From: Euglena gracilis
Lineage: Eukaryota
Reading direction: 5' to 3'
Length of the DNA stretch: 64,000 nucleotides
NCBI GenBank assembly: GCA_039621445.1
Contig: CP154954.1
Span: 6,273,425 to 6,337,424, forward strand
Positions 1-11,877 of the stretch are shown here, piece by piece. Numbering within the stretch: the stretch's first letter is position 1; each line of letters begins with the position of its first letter. A program made the position numbers and the translations under genes. The notes under the pieces are model-generated. The model was given only the letters and a program-made list of their open reading frames with translations. It had not been told where the DNA came from and did no database searches.

Positions 1-7
1 TCAAGCA

Positions 8-898
8 TTAGCTTTTTAATATCTCTAGAGATTTACGCATATCTGCGTCCCATTTGATTTTTGTATTTTCGGGTGCGCGATTTTTGACCTGCCTCATTAG
101 AGGTACCGCGATTTTCGCGAAATCTTTCATGTAAATCGCGTAGTATTGGGCTAATCCCAAAAATCCTTTCAAATGGGTGATGGTCTTGATGACCTCAGGT
201 GTCCATTTCTTAATGGCCTCTAGTTTGCTAGGCGCCGCTCGGCGTTGGCCATTATTAAGAATGTGACCACAAAACTTTATCGTTTCGCGAAATAAGTGCA
301 TTTTAGCACCTTTGACAAAAAGTCTATGCTTGAGAAATGCGGCTAATACCGCGCGAACATCACGATAGTGAATATCGAGAATATTCTCGTGTGTCGCTGA
401 AGGAGGGGGGGTACCAACCAAAACATCATCAATGTATACCAGCGCAAACGGAAAATCCCGTAAGACCCATTGGATCATGCGCTGAAACATTGCTGGTCCA
501 TTCTTAACACCCATTGGTAAAACTGTCCATTGGTAAACACCTCTGGATGTTACAAAAGCCATATAGGCTTGCGAATCGGGATCCAGATGCTTTTGGTGGA
601 AACCATCCTCCAGGTTGAAAATTGACCACAAGCGGTTATCCACTTGTTTTGTGATGAGGTCCTCTATTAGAGGTAGCGGGAATGGGTCATCCTTAGTTTG
701 CGAATTTAGGTACCGATAATCCAGTACCAGCCTCCACTTTTTCTGACCTGATGGGTCTGGGGGCTTAGGAACCACAAAAGCTTGGGAGGTCCATTCACTC
801 TTGGAAGGGATGATCCACTTCCGCTCTATGAGCTTTTCAATCATTTCATTGAGAGCTATCTCTCTTTCTCCTGAACAACGGAAAAATTTCCGATGCAT
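8..898 (-). pseudogene. pol: Gypsy-A reverse transcriptase (copy 1)
   Basis: Ty3/Gypsy RT motifs: PSKSEWTSQAFVVPK, WRLVLDYRYLN, FPLPLIEDL, LPMGVKNGPAMFQ, LVYIDD, FLGLAQYY. A 1-nt indel near position 21 versus copy 2. Confidence 0.95.
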
Positions 899-1224
899 TG
901 GCTTTGCGCCTTCCTTAAGCTCAATCTTACAAACACCGAAAGGTCCTTGAATAGCGGGATCTATATCGCAAGCGTAAACGGGATTTTCCAGAACACCAGA
1001 AAATTCGCGACTGATGCGCGTACAAAATTCTGCTCAACTGGGGTGATGTCCTGCACTTTCAATGACAGCGGAAACCTGTTTATGGGTCATATCAACTATA
1101 GGGGGGGGGGGGCAGAACGGTGATGCCTATCGGCCATATGGTCAAAAGCCGTATCGGCTCCCACATGGTCGGTATGATCCAACACACTAACATTCAGGGG
1201 TGGAGATTGAGACACATTGAAAGA

Positions 1225-1626
1225 ATCAAAGAAACAAACACGGAAAATGATTTCTTGGAAATGTGGTAATACCACTCCACGGAAATCCTCGAATAGAGGA
1301 ACATCGTTTGGTAGGTCCAACCAATAAAATGTGACATAAGTCAAATTCTGAAACCATTCCGCTTCGGGATTCACAGGAACAAGTAATGCGCCTCGCGCTT
1401 GATCCTGGAAAATCTTATTTACAACAAGCGGGATAAGTTTTAGGGGTGGATGCATCCATAGGATAGTGTCTCCCCAAAAATTATCAAAAGCGTTAGAATG
1501 TTGCGACCAATGTCGCGGTAGTCGCGAATGCGCGTTGGAAGAGAATGCATCAATTTCTAAGGTCAAATCAAAGGAATCTGCCATATCGGCGATTTTTGAA
1601 AACCAATGTTTCAAGATTCGATATTG
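1225..1626 (-). pseudogene. Dam-like N6-adenine DNA methyltransferase domain in Gypsy-A pol (copy 1)
   Basis: Within ORF 1096..1758: QYRIL...IDAFSSNAHSRLPRHWS...NAFDNFWGDTILWMHPPL...GALLVP...EWF...VPLF. Motif IV reads HPPL (WMHPPL at 1441-1458) instead of NPP(Y/F/W). Confidence 0.75.
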
Positions 1627-2602
1627 ACCAAACTGAAAAGCATTCCAGGTATCCTTGGTGTACTTGGAGATCTGCTCAACATCCTGAAGGGGGGGAACAC
1701 GCTGTAACACAGAACAACAGAATTGTGAATCATCCACACACATGTCCATAGGACTCAATCCAGGGGGGGGGGTTGGGCATATACCCAGTCATCGGTGATG
1801 CGCGATAGCGCGGAATGCGCGATATGCGCGGGATTCGGACTATGTGCGGCAAGCACGATATTCGCGGGGGTGTTGGATAGCGCCATAGGCGCATGGGGAG
1901 CGCTATTCGCAAATCCTAAAAGGGAGGCTATGCCTCTGCACTGTAGTGCTTGATTCACATTCGCGAATTGCGAAAAACTTCCAATTGTAAGTGTGGGATG
2001 TGAACAACTACTAAGTGTATGGTTGGGTGTATCACCCATTGTACCAAGGCTACGTACGTTTTGGTTATCTATTAAATCCGTACCGGTTGTACCATTACCA
2101 AGTACATAAGTACTATTACCAGGTGTAGGTGGAGAAAAATTCCCGGTTGCGGAATCTAATCGGATTAGTTTGGAAGATTCAACTAGACATCAACAATCAA
2201 AATCATGGTAAGCGGAGATTCTCCGACAGTGAGCGCATTGGTAGGAGGGTTGGTGCATGTGGTGCGCGTTTGTGTGGGTGTCACTGCATAAGTTGGTGTC
2301 GGTTGGGGTAGCTGCTGGGAGGTGTACAGGGGTGTCCGAAATCGACACACCTGGTGGAAAACGAAAAAGTTGGGCAGCTGGGCGGCTACTCGACACCGTA
2401 ATTACTTCAGGCCTTTGGGCTTTCGCCTGGGAACCCAGCGAAACGAGCGGGGTTAAGCTACTGGCTTTCCGTACCGCATGGGAAACGAGCGGTAAAAGTG
2501 CTGTGTGTAGGGGGGCAACTTTCTGTTTACCCCTAGGGTAGGAAACGGTGTTTTCGGATGTGGAAAACGTTATGGAAATGCGGGGGGACGTCCTGGGTGA
2601 CG

Positions 2603-3034
2603 TCACGGGGAACAAGTTTGGGGGTTCGGCGTGTGTGCAGTGGTAGTGCGCAAACCGTGCGAAGGACAATCCACCACCATTCGGTGTTGCCGTAGGAATG
2701 GAAGACCCAATATGACATCTGACCCGGCGATATTCGCCTCGAATGCCCAAGTACCCAGAAAATTTTGTAATTGTGGGGGGTGTGTGTCGTGCTTCGGGAT
2801 AATGGGGAGGACTATGTCCAAAATGCATCCCAAGTCACCACCGCACATGGGGCTGTTGTCTGCAGTCATAATTTTGATGGGATTCTTGGCATGAACCAAG
2901 AGGGGGGTGGGTATAATTCCTTTGCGGAAAAGAAGGGGGATTCGACACCCTGTTTCGACTAAAATCTTGGCTTGTGCACAAAAATTTCGAGTTTTAATTT
3001 TCGCTTGTACCAAAAGTTCCAGGGGGGTACGCAA
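2603..3034 (-). pseudogene. Gypsy-A aspartic protease-like domain (copy 1)
   Basis: AKILVETGC at the D(T/S)G position, plus FEANIAGSDVILGLPFL. Aligns by eye with the Gypsy-B protease (ARILIDTGA...YEANIKVDAILSYPWL). Confidence 0.75.
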
Positions 3035-3098
3035 AGCGAAGGGTCGGGTGTAAAATCGTTATCGCGCCAACTATTCCATAACTCTTTGCTTACTTTGC

Positions 3099-4264
3099 TC
3101 AACATTCCAAGCAAAAATTTCGCGCGGGGAGTGGGGGACCGAAAACTTTCTGGGTACCGACTAAAAAGACCGATGGGCAGGGGTACCGACCATCATGCGC
3201 ATAGCGGGTATGCAACTTAGCCAATGAGGCTTCAATATTACCAACATCCTGTTGTAACTGTTTGTGCAAATCGGACACGGTGGCCTGAAGTCCGCTAATA
3301 TCCGGTGTTGGTGCACGGGTTGCCGCATTGCGGTTCTGCAAATCCGCGATTGCGGTCCGGATTTCCATTGTGCCGTTTTGCCACTGTTGTTGCAAATTGT
3401 CAATCCTACTCGCGACATTCGCGATTTGGGGTTGAAAACTCGCAATTTCAGCGGGAATTTCGCCTAATGGCGAGATTTCTGCTCCAATCGAGAAAGTCTT
3501 TCCTCCAAATGTTGCACATACGTGCGGGGGGCAAAACTTTGATTGGCTTGGGTAGAAAAGCGGGCAAAATTCGCGGAATCACCGCTCAATTAGAAAATGC
3601 GCTGTTGCGCTTCCTGAAATGCGGTTGAAAGTGTGGAGAACTGCTCCAATGTAATAAATTGTCCCAAATCGGGATTTTTTGATGGGGGTTCATGCAACTT
3701 TTGCTGCAATTGTGGAAAAATTGCCGTAATTGGCTCCAATTTGTGGGATAAAGCTTGCAATCTATGTTGCATGTTGGAGAAAATCGCATCATTGCGGGAT
3801 TGTGTTTCACACATGGCTTCACTCACTTTTTGGAAATGTTGTGGCAAATGTGCCTGCAAATGTGTGTCCAAACTTTGACGCAAAGTTGCTAGGTCCACAT
3901 TGGTGGATTGAAAATTTGTTTGGCAATATTCACCAACATCACGCACATAACTCCAAAGGTAATCGAGCTTGTGTTCTACAACCTTTTGGATGTTTTCATC
4001 AAAATCCAAAACCTTGTTAAGTGTCATAGCGCAATCCGCTACACAAGTGTGGACATGGGAGATTTGCCGCGTTAGCGGGTGGTCCACTGGAAGATTTGCG
4101 ACTATGCGCTGAATCACCGTAATGGGATGAGAAGAAATATTTTCCAACTCTTCCACATCACTGCTCACAGACTCTGTAGGACTTGTATAAGCAGGAACTG
4201 TCAAACGCATCTCCGGGTGCCATGGCAATGCCGGAAAAGAACCCGTATCCGGTGGTGCGGGCAA
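3099..4264 (-). pseudogene. Gypsy-A gag-position ORF fragments, coiled-coil-like (copy 1)
   Basis: ORFs 3590..4264 and 3099..3395 lie upstream of PR on the same strand and are rich in L/Q/E. No diagnostic gag motif seen. Confidence 0.45.
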
Positions 4265-5648
4265 TTGTCCAATCGGACTTGTGGGGTGAAGCGTAGGGGG
4301 GGGGCTGAAAGAAACATGGTGTTTCTAACGCACCTTCAACAAAAAGTTGCCGTGGCGTATCCGTCTCAGAGTCAAATGTGCCTATCGGCACCAGTGCGAG
4401 ATCTCGCCGGCGGGAATGGGTGTTAGCCGATTGGCTTTCCAACAAAAGGGGTTGTGCCTGTTGGGCATGGGGTTTGCTCTATAGAGCTTGACACCGATAG
4501 GTGTGGGGGTTCCCATCGGGCGGGGGGAGGATTACTCGACACAGACACCGATAGGTGTGACACACGCGGGGAAGGAGGATGACCTGCCAAATGAGTCAAT
4601 GCTTGTGTACCCCTATGGGGTTGAGGATGCTCATTAGAGCTAGTCAATGATGCCGCAGGTTCAAGTCCTCGAAGTGAACCAATCAATGCAGCGTAGTCAA
4701 TGGGAGTTGTGCTCTGCATTTTTGAAGCAAAAACACAAAAAACAAGTGTAAATTGCGGTGTAAAATGCAGAAACAAGTACAAAAAAAAGGGAAAGTATTA
4801 AAGTAAGCAGAGACCCGAACTCTGAGGTTTGAAGCAGCGTATACTGCGAACCGTCATAGGACGTGTCCGTGCGTACAGCTTTGGCCGGAAACGGCTTGTA
4901 GTGCCTGTAATCGCCTCTAGGCGAGGCACCACTCGACCGTTTGCCATCAAAAGGATCGAAAACCTAACCTGCTACAAAGTGTATGTCCAACCTTTCCTCG
5001 CTTTCGCCCTTTGGTGCGCAAAAGGTAAAAGTTGGAGTAACAGAAAAAAATAAAATAAAAATATAAAAGTTGAAAAGCCCTTTTCCCCAATTAAGAGGCA
5101 GAGCACAAGGCAGGTGAGAAGCCCTATGGGCTACGACAAAGAAAAGTGCCAAGTGACTTGGCTGTCCTTTCAGGACTTCAAATGAAAACAAATCAAACTT
5201 GAAAATCAAGTCTTGAATGAAATACCAGAATGGAATAAAATAGAAAATACCACCAAGAACCAGAATAAGGATTGAGTATTCCTAATTCAGGCCGTTGGCA
5301 TCTGTAGGAATACCACCCAGCATAGTACTGTGTATGGGGCTCAGAGCTATATCTGGCCGTAGGCTTATACCTACATACACAGTACCATGGCCTTACGGCT
5401 GCCTGGTACACAATTGCGCCAAGGGATCCTTCCGGCTTGTTCCGTACGCATCACGCCTCTTCCTACTGCGCAAGGGGTACCTCTGGGACGTTCGCCTACC
5501 GCCACCAGAACAGTGCCAGCATTGTGGCCAAAATCACTGGCCTTGGGACAGCCACACCCTCATCCGCCTGATCGGCCCGCTCCCACGTGCCCAATCAGGC
5601 TCACCTGCATTTAGGATTACAAGTGGGACAAGTGCAAAAACCCCCTGC

Positions 5649-5702
5649 CAGGGAAGAGGAGATCTGCTCTCGTGCGGAGACGTCCCCACGCACCCTGAAC
5701 CG
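5649..5702 (+). other. Degenerate 2A-like motif (CRE-B)
   Basis: Translates QGRGDLLSCGDVPTHPEP; positional counterpart of CRE-A 13401-13454. Confidence 0.6.
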
Positions 5703-5806
5703 CCGCAAAACCTAACAACAGACCACACACACACCCCGGACGTCGGGCTGGAAAGGCCCGTCCGTCGTAGTCCGCCCAAGGGCGCCGCCGCACAAGTGGG
5801 GCAAAC

Positions 5807-5860
5807 CGCGGACGGGGTAGCCTCCCCACCTGTGGGGACGTGGAGGAGAACCCCGGACCA
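5807..5860 (+). other. Intact 2A/StopGo motif (CRE-B)
   Basis: Translates RGRGSLPTCGDVEENPGP with a full D(V/I)ExNPGP core; 16/18 identical to T2A EGRGSLLTCGDVEENPGP. Confidence 0.93.
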
Positions 5861-6894
5861 GCCAGGCGTCCGGCACACGCGTCACCCCGCGGTGCACCGG
5901 CTGCGGCAGGTGCCCGGTACCACGACCACCTGTTGTTGGGTCTCGCTCACCCGGAACGCGACGCCGCGGTGGTCATCGACCGCGCGGGGCAGGAGTCCAA
6001 TCTCAGAGGACGGACCGCGCACATCCTTGTCGTGGGCACCCCCCAATGCGACATCACCCATGTCCTACATCAAAAAATCCCGACCCTCATACACCTACCC
6101 TCGGCCTGCGAACAACCTGTCTTTGACACCATGGCAGACACCATCAACACCTACGCCCACGCACAGGTTGAGGGTAGCCTGGACCAAATTGATCTCTGAT
6201 GAGGGCATGCTGGAGGATGACATTGAAGGTGGCGGTCTTGTTGGTGAGCCAAAGGTTGTGAGATGTTCAGCTGTGTAGTGGTTCAACGGTGGTGGCTCAT
6301 GAATGGACCAGGGTCTCAGTACAGGGCCAGGGTTGGTCTTGGGTTGTAGGCCTTCCACATCAATGGCATCAACCTTGGTAGGCTTTGGTTGAGCTGGGGG
6401 TCTTGGCCTGGCAGCCTGGGATGCATTGGTATGTGACCCCTGATCTCTGACCCTGCATCTGGGTCCACCCACTTGGGACCCAATGGAACTGATAGCTGGG
6501 CAGGTCATGGTCCCACAACTGGAGAAGGTTTTGGGCAGGGAGTCCCCAGCTGGAGTGAGGGGTGTCGATGCTGCCAGAGCCTGAGTGGGAGATGTCGATG
6601 TAACCACAGCCAAGGTGGGAGATGTCGATAGAGCCACAGCACCAGAAGGTGATGGTTCAGGTTGTGGTGTAGATGGGGTCGGGGAAACTGAGGAGTTGAA
6701 GGCTGGGTGCAAACTCAACATGGTGGATGGGGATGGTACTGGTCCCAGTGCCAGAAAGAAGGAGCCAAACATCAGTGTGACTCTGAGGCATGAATGGATG
6801 GTTGCTGACTTAAGGGGGCCAATGAGAAAATTAGGCCAATAATTGCTGCAATGTTGACTGCAAAAAGGCTTTGGCAGGTCCAAAAGGCTGACAG

Positions 6895-7085
6895 GCTTTT
6901 TCTGGGGGGGCTTTTGCAGGCCCAATACATGAGGAGGGAGAGCCGATTCCAGTGGGGGGTTTTGCAAACCCAATATTCCAGACTTTGAGACGGCTTCCAG
7001 AGGGGGCTTTTGCAGGCCCAATATTGAAGGTTGGGGCTTTTTCAAGCCCAAATGTGACGTGGAGAGCTTTTGCAAGCTCAAATAT
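6895..7085. repeat. Degenerate tandem repeat, about 40-55 bp spacing (ggcttttgcaggcccaatat core)
   Basis: Four to five copies, visible as LGLQKPP repeats in ORF 6095..7225. Confidence 0.6.
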
Positions 7086-7619
7086 GCACCCAGGTTGTCA
7101 ATAGTAGTTGACTGTCCGCGGCGACCACGTCGGCACGGTAGTACGGCGTCGTCTTCGTTCTCGTCGTCATGCAGCAGGCTGCCCAGTAGTCTGCAGTAGT
7201 CTGCGACGTGACGCAGGGTCTTCACAGTCCACCTCCATGTCGAGTCTCCGCTTGGTTCCAGTCTGCGTGGTCAGGGCGGCGACGATGCTCTTGGACCCCG
7301 TCTGGGGCTTTCCGGCCATGTTATGCGGAAGGCGAAAAAAAATCGACACTCAGAAATTGAACTCAGTCCACCGACCAGTGGCACAGCCTACTGGATTTGA
7401 GTGTTCAGGGGTGTCGGAGGCTATGTACAGATGGAGGAACCCCATGGATAGTCCGAGGTGTCAACTGTCGCGGGGCTCAGCGGGAGGAAAATGGGCAAGG
7501 CCCATCTTCAATATAAAGCGCAGGGGGAGGGCAGGGCGGTGCTACAAACCGTGTGGTATGGTCGTCGGCGGGTGTGCAAGAGGTGGGTTGCGGGGCGTGG
7601 GTGGGGGGGCGGTTGGTCG

Positions 7620-7696
7620 TTGTCTCTCTGTGTGTGTGTGTTGTTGTGTGTGTGCTGTGTTGCCCTTCTTCTTCTTCTTCTTCTTCTTTTTCTTTC
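7620..7696. repeat. (TG)n and (CTT)n microsatellites in the CRE-B 3' UTR
   Basis: tgtgtgtgtg... and cttcttctt... directly after the RLE stop; copy 2 has one extra CTT. Confidence 0.85.
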
Positions 7697-8392
7697 TTAA
7701 CGGAGTAAGTGCTTGGGTTGTAGGAGGTGGAATACCTCTCGTAGCAGGGCGATGGCCACGTTTTGGTAGATTTCCGCCTCCTTGATTTCGCGCTCAGCGC
7801 CCTGCTGCCAAAACGAGGCACGTTTGGCCACTCTGCTCAGTGTCCTGGCCGTTTCCGGTCCCATGCCGCCCCATGTCCCGAGGGCGAAAGGCGTGAAGCC
7901 CCACCATGCTTGCTGACATGGGATGTTGTATTTCTGCTTTTTGGCGTCCTCCCTCCTCTTTAGGAAGGATCTCCAGCGTTCGCGGGTTGCGGTGAGTTCT
8001 GTAGCCTGCCATCCATGGCAGACGGTGACGTCCAGCGCTGTCGGCTTCCCCTCAGACCAGCAGTCCAGAAGGGGGTCCGCCGGGCGGAGATGGCTGTCTC
8101 TGGCTGTCGGCAATGAAACTTCCTTCTGCACCCGCTGACCGCTGTTGGACAAGGTTTGAAATAGGGCGTCCTGTAAAGCGTTGTGGCGTGTTGCGAAGTT
8201 GTTCCTGCGGCAGAAGAGGAGGTGGTCGCCCTCCTTGTCCATGGGTTGGCCGAATCCTGTGCACGGCTGGCTGACGTCATTCAACACCAGGAGGCCCAAC
8301 CACCATTTCAGTCCCAGGGTGTATTCTTCGCTGGAGAAGGTGGTGTGGGAGTTGTTCGAGGGGGTAGCTGCCATCCAACCGTGTCCAAACCC
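7697..8392 (-). pseudogene. CRE-B C-terminal Zn knuckle plus restriction-like endonuclease
   Basis: LKWWLG, CTGF...DHLLFC (decayed CCHC), RHN, RPAD...ALDVTV...RREDAK, FTPFALGTWGGMG. Confidence 0.9.
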
Positions 8393-8895
8393 CGTGTGTT
8401 CAATTTCCTAAGGTTTGCATACAGTGGACCTGTTCCCCTATTTAGTGGCGGCCGCTCCATCCTTTCACAGAGGGGGACACAACAAGGCTGCCCTCTGGGC
8501 CCCATCGGGTTCGCCCTGGCGCTGCAGCCCCTGCTGGAGCGGATTACCAGGGATGGCCAGCTGCTGTGGAACAGCTGGTACCTGGACGACGGCCTCCTGG
8601 TCGGGACCCCGGACAGGATTGAACACTGCCTACGATTCCTGCTGCAAGAGTCCCACCGCGTAGGTCTCGGCCTTAACCTGCAAGCGTCATGTGGGGCCCG
8701 GAAGCAAGGAGTACACCCAGCTGTGACAGAATGCAAGTTGTCCCTTGGACACTAGGGGAGGGTATCACCGTCCTTGGTATCCCAGTTGACCTCCCTGCAT
8801 CCTCGGACACTACCAAGACGGCGTGGGAAGACGCCGCCGCCAAAATCGAGAAGGCCGCATCTACCATAACTTCCCTGACCGACGCCCAGGTAGCT
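8390..8895 (+). pseudogene. CRE-B RT core fragment, inverted relative to its flanks
   Basis: GTQQGCPLGP, WYLDDG, GLGLNL, GITVLGIPV, with a frameshift near 8685. Confidence 0.9.
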
Positions 8896-9452
8896 GCCCG
8901 GTCTACGCAAACAGTCTTGGAGGTGGCGGGGCCGCAGACCCGACGGACCTGGTGCGGATCCCCGCAGGAAGCGGCGGATGGCCTCCTTCAGTCTGTCCTC
9001 CCATTCCGGGGTGTGGTTCTCTGGAAATGGCCTAACGTGTCGCGGGAGGCGGTTGGTGTCGACGTTTATGCCGGCAGGATGCAACTTCTCCAGGGCAGCC
9101 CAGACCTCCGGGTCCTCTGGTTGGTGCGCACCCTCGGAGAGCAGTATCTGGACCGCCTTCGCGGACGCCCCTTTAGCAGTGAGGGTGCGTACCCGTCTCG
9201 TTACTGCCTCACTGAGGGCGGTCGGCTGTGTTCTGGAGCGCTTTTCCGCCCTGGTTTCCACGATGGAGTGTCGTGTCTGCGTGACCTTCAGTGCCTCCGA
9301 CAGAAGGGTGGTGTAATCCCCCTCGCGGAAAAGTTTGGCGCGCCTCAGCAGGATGGACTGCAGCTCTGCTGCCGAGGGCGGTGAAGTGGTTGACGCAGGT
9401 CGAAGGACGAGCTTTGGGAAAGGGTGTGCCCCGAACAATGCCGCGTCCGAAC
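8893..9452 (-). pseudogene. CRE-B RT N-terminal region
   Basis: FPKLVLR...LFREGDY...AKAVQILLSEG...LEKLHP...SAPGPSGLRPRHLQD, colinear with CRE-A 14050-14585. Confidence 0.9.
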
Positions 9453-10274
9453 GTAATCATCCTCAACCTCAACCCCAGCTCCCTCAACCCCCACACCAAC
9501 CCCATCATCCAGTTCAACCACGCTACCAGCCAAGACCCATCAACCCAGGGGACTGGTCCCAGAAGGACCTGGGGATGGACATCCCGCAGCTGCTGCAATG
9601 AGGAAGCAGACCCAACCAGGGAAATGCTCATGGTGGCCAAGGGGCCAATGACAGGAGAGCCAGTTCAGGAGGGCCCTCTTTGTCAAGTCCACTGCTGGCA
9701 TGGTCTCTGGTCACATGACACCACATTTGTTCCCCTCTACCATATTTGCTGATTCACATGTCCCCTACCCCCCAGCATAATGTCTGGCTACTGCCTTTCA
9801 TTTCTTTGGGATTGTTTTCAGAACACTGGGGTTGGATGATGACTTTCATACTCGTTGGCTACAACAAACTTTTATGAGGCATTCCCCCCATCCTGCTTGG
9901 CTTTTGCTCCAACAAACACTTCTGAGGCACACACCTTCAAACCACTCAACCCAATCAATCAGTGGCCTTCTGGGGACTGACACCAGAGCCTCCCCATCTG
10001 AGACCCACACATTTTGGCCCTGACCCTCAGCCATCAACAGCCCACCCAGTACTGCATCCTGGCCCAGTACATCCTGGCCCAGCAGTTTATCTATCATTGT
10101 GGGCCTTGTGGGCCTTTGGAGCAGTTCCTCAACTGCCCATAGATCCAGGACTTCCTCCACCGGTGTGCCTTTATGGCCCTGCTCAACCTGTTCAGCTGAT
10201 CAGACAACCCAGAGCCCCCCCCCCCCCGGCATCAATATTCGAAGAAATATCTCCCTGCAACGAACATTTCAGCC

Positions 10275-10605
10275 CCAGCCTTTTGTTTCATCCGTGCCCA
10301 AAATTGTCATCAGCTTAGCACCCCCAGACATCGGGAAATTCCAGCCAGTTTTTTCATCCCTGGCCAACATTGTGATCAGTTTGGCAACCCCAGAGCTTTG
10401 AGAAAACCAGCCTGTTGTTCCATCCCTGACCAACTTCGTGATCATTTTTTCAACCCCAGGGCTCTGAAAAAACGAGCCTGCTGCTCCATCCCTGGCAAAC
10501 ATTATGATCAGTTTGGCAACCCCAGAGCTTTGGAAACACCAGCCTGTTGTTCCGTTCATGCCTGACATTGTGACCAATTTTCCAACCCCAGAGCTCTGGA
10601 AGCAT
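10275..10605. repeat. 66-bp minisatellite, 5 copies
   Basis: ccagcc/cgagcc starts at 10275, 10341, 10407, 10473 and 10539. Confidence 0.9.
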
Positions 10606-10884
10606 GGAATCACTTAAATGCACTTTTTGACCGTTTGTGGCCCCCCTCAGCAGGTTTCTCCATGAAGCAACTTCAGTCCCATGCCGGTTGGACAAAAGGC
10701 CCCCCCCCCTCTGGGTGCAAGTGACCCCTGCACATTGCACATGCAGCTTATCTATCACCCTGGCAAGTGGAGGCACACACCTAACAACTCCTACAACTCG
10801 ATTTGTTTCACATGACAGCCCTTTGCCTGCATCCTTTCTGCGAAGCCATCCCCTTTCACACGGGCCAACATTCATTCACGAACC

Positions 10885-11070
10885 CGCCCCCCCCCCATGG
10901 TACGTTCCAAACTCCAAAAACCAAAGTGATTACTCAAAACCTCCTGAGTTGCCCAGTTTGCTCTTCCAATGAACCCAAACAGGAACCCTCCCCCCCCCCA
11001 GTGGTATGTTCCAAACTCCAAAAACCAAAGTGATCACTCAAAACCCCCTGAGTTGCCCAGTTTGCACTTG
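10885..11070. repeat. Tandem duplication, about 103 bp spacing
   Basis: tggta(c/t)gttccaaactccaaaaaccaaagtgat...gagttgcccagtttgc occurs twice. Confidence 0.85.
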
Positions 11071-11680
11071 CAATTATCCGAAACAGGAAACCGTCCAGCA
11101 AGTTTTGCACCCATGTTTAGCAATTACCGCGCCTCTTACTCCAAAGGATTTGAAATTCACCAAAAGCTGCCTTTCTCACACCAACGAAAACTCCAGGTCT
11201 TTACCCCAGCCGATCTCACACCAGCACCCACCATCTCGTAACCTCCGAATCGCAAAGAACAACAAAATTCCCCAAACCTGCCGATCTGAGACCCACGTTA
11301 ACTCAAGGCTAAAACCCCAGCCGATCTCGCACCAACACCCTCCATTCCACCAATTTCTCAAAATGACCAAAAGCCGCCGACCACAGACCCCCGGCAACTC
11401 AGTGCTACAATCTCTGCCTGTGTCGCATTATTCCCCAGCTTCTCCGCCAAACTCAGCAACCTCAACGTGCCGCCCAACACCAAACTGCCAGCGGGCACCG
11501 AGGATGAGCAGGCTCCAGTCCCCAGCTTCTCCGCCCAAAAGAGCAACGCCAACGCGCTGCCCAATACAAAACTGCCGGCTGGTGCCCACGATGCCCACGA
11601 TGAGCAAACACCAGGCCCCCAAAAATCTGTAGGCAGGGCACTTCCCGGTGTTGCACTTCTCCAAAGTCGCTCTGGAAAAC

Positions 11681-11722
11681 CTGTTACTACAAGCAGGAGA
11701 TGTGGAGCAAAACCCAGGGCCT
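11681..11722 (+). other. Intact 2A/StopGo motif 1 (CRE-A)
   Basis: LLLQAGDVEQNPGP. Confidence 0.93.
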
Positions 11723-11877
11723 GCAAATGGGCCGTCTTCCCAAATGCCCACCGAGACAGTCTGGGACACCACAGAGCGGTTGGGGCAAATAGGGCAAATC
11801 TGGTGTTTCTGCTTACATACCACACGAGCTTCCGGTCCGGCAAGCAACCACAAAAACTGTCCCAGCATAGTGCTCGA

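Larger units (their letters stand above)
1..4800 (-). mobile_element. Gypsy-A Ty3/Gypsy retrotransposon, 5' part (gag-like, PR, Dam-like MTase, RT); cut by window edge
   Basis: Same sequence as 41621-46420, where the element continues into RNase H, integrase and chromodomain. 5' boundary approximate. Confidence 0.88.
5295..9452. mobile_element. CRE-B: CRE-like RLE non-LTR retrotransposon remnant, scrambled by inversions (copy 1)
   Basis: Four pieces homologous to CRE-A: + about 5295-6164 (Zn knuckle, two 2A-like motifs, pre-RT region); - 9452-8895 (RT N-terminus); + 8390-8895 (RT core); - 8390-7490 (RLE and 3' UTR). The interval 6165-7490 is unrelated sequence carried inside the inversion. 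Confidence 0.85.

Noticed and set aside
4780-5290. Gypsy-A 5' LTR and primer-binding site
   Set aside because: No matching second LTR found downstream of pol by eye, so boundaries cannot be supported.
5807-5860. Vector-derived T2A contamination
   Set aside because: Several diverged versions sit at corresponding positions inside native retroelement frames, with no reporter or vector sequence nearby.
6323-6362. 2A motif in minus-strand DVEGLQPKTNPGP
   Set aside because: Five extra residues between DVE and NPGP and no upstream 2A context.
6095-7225. 376-aa ORF as a real gene
   Set aside because: Low complexity, partly tandem repeat, crosses an inversion breakpoint, and has no recognisable domain.
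9565-9595. Decayed minus-strand 2A (CG/DVHP/PGP)
   Set aside because: Needs two indels and has no supporting context.
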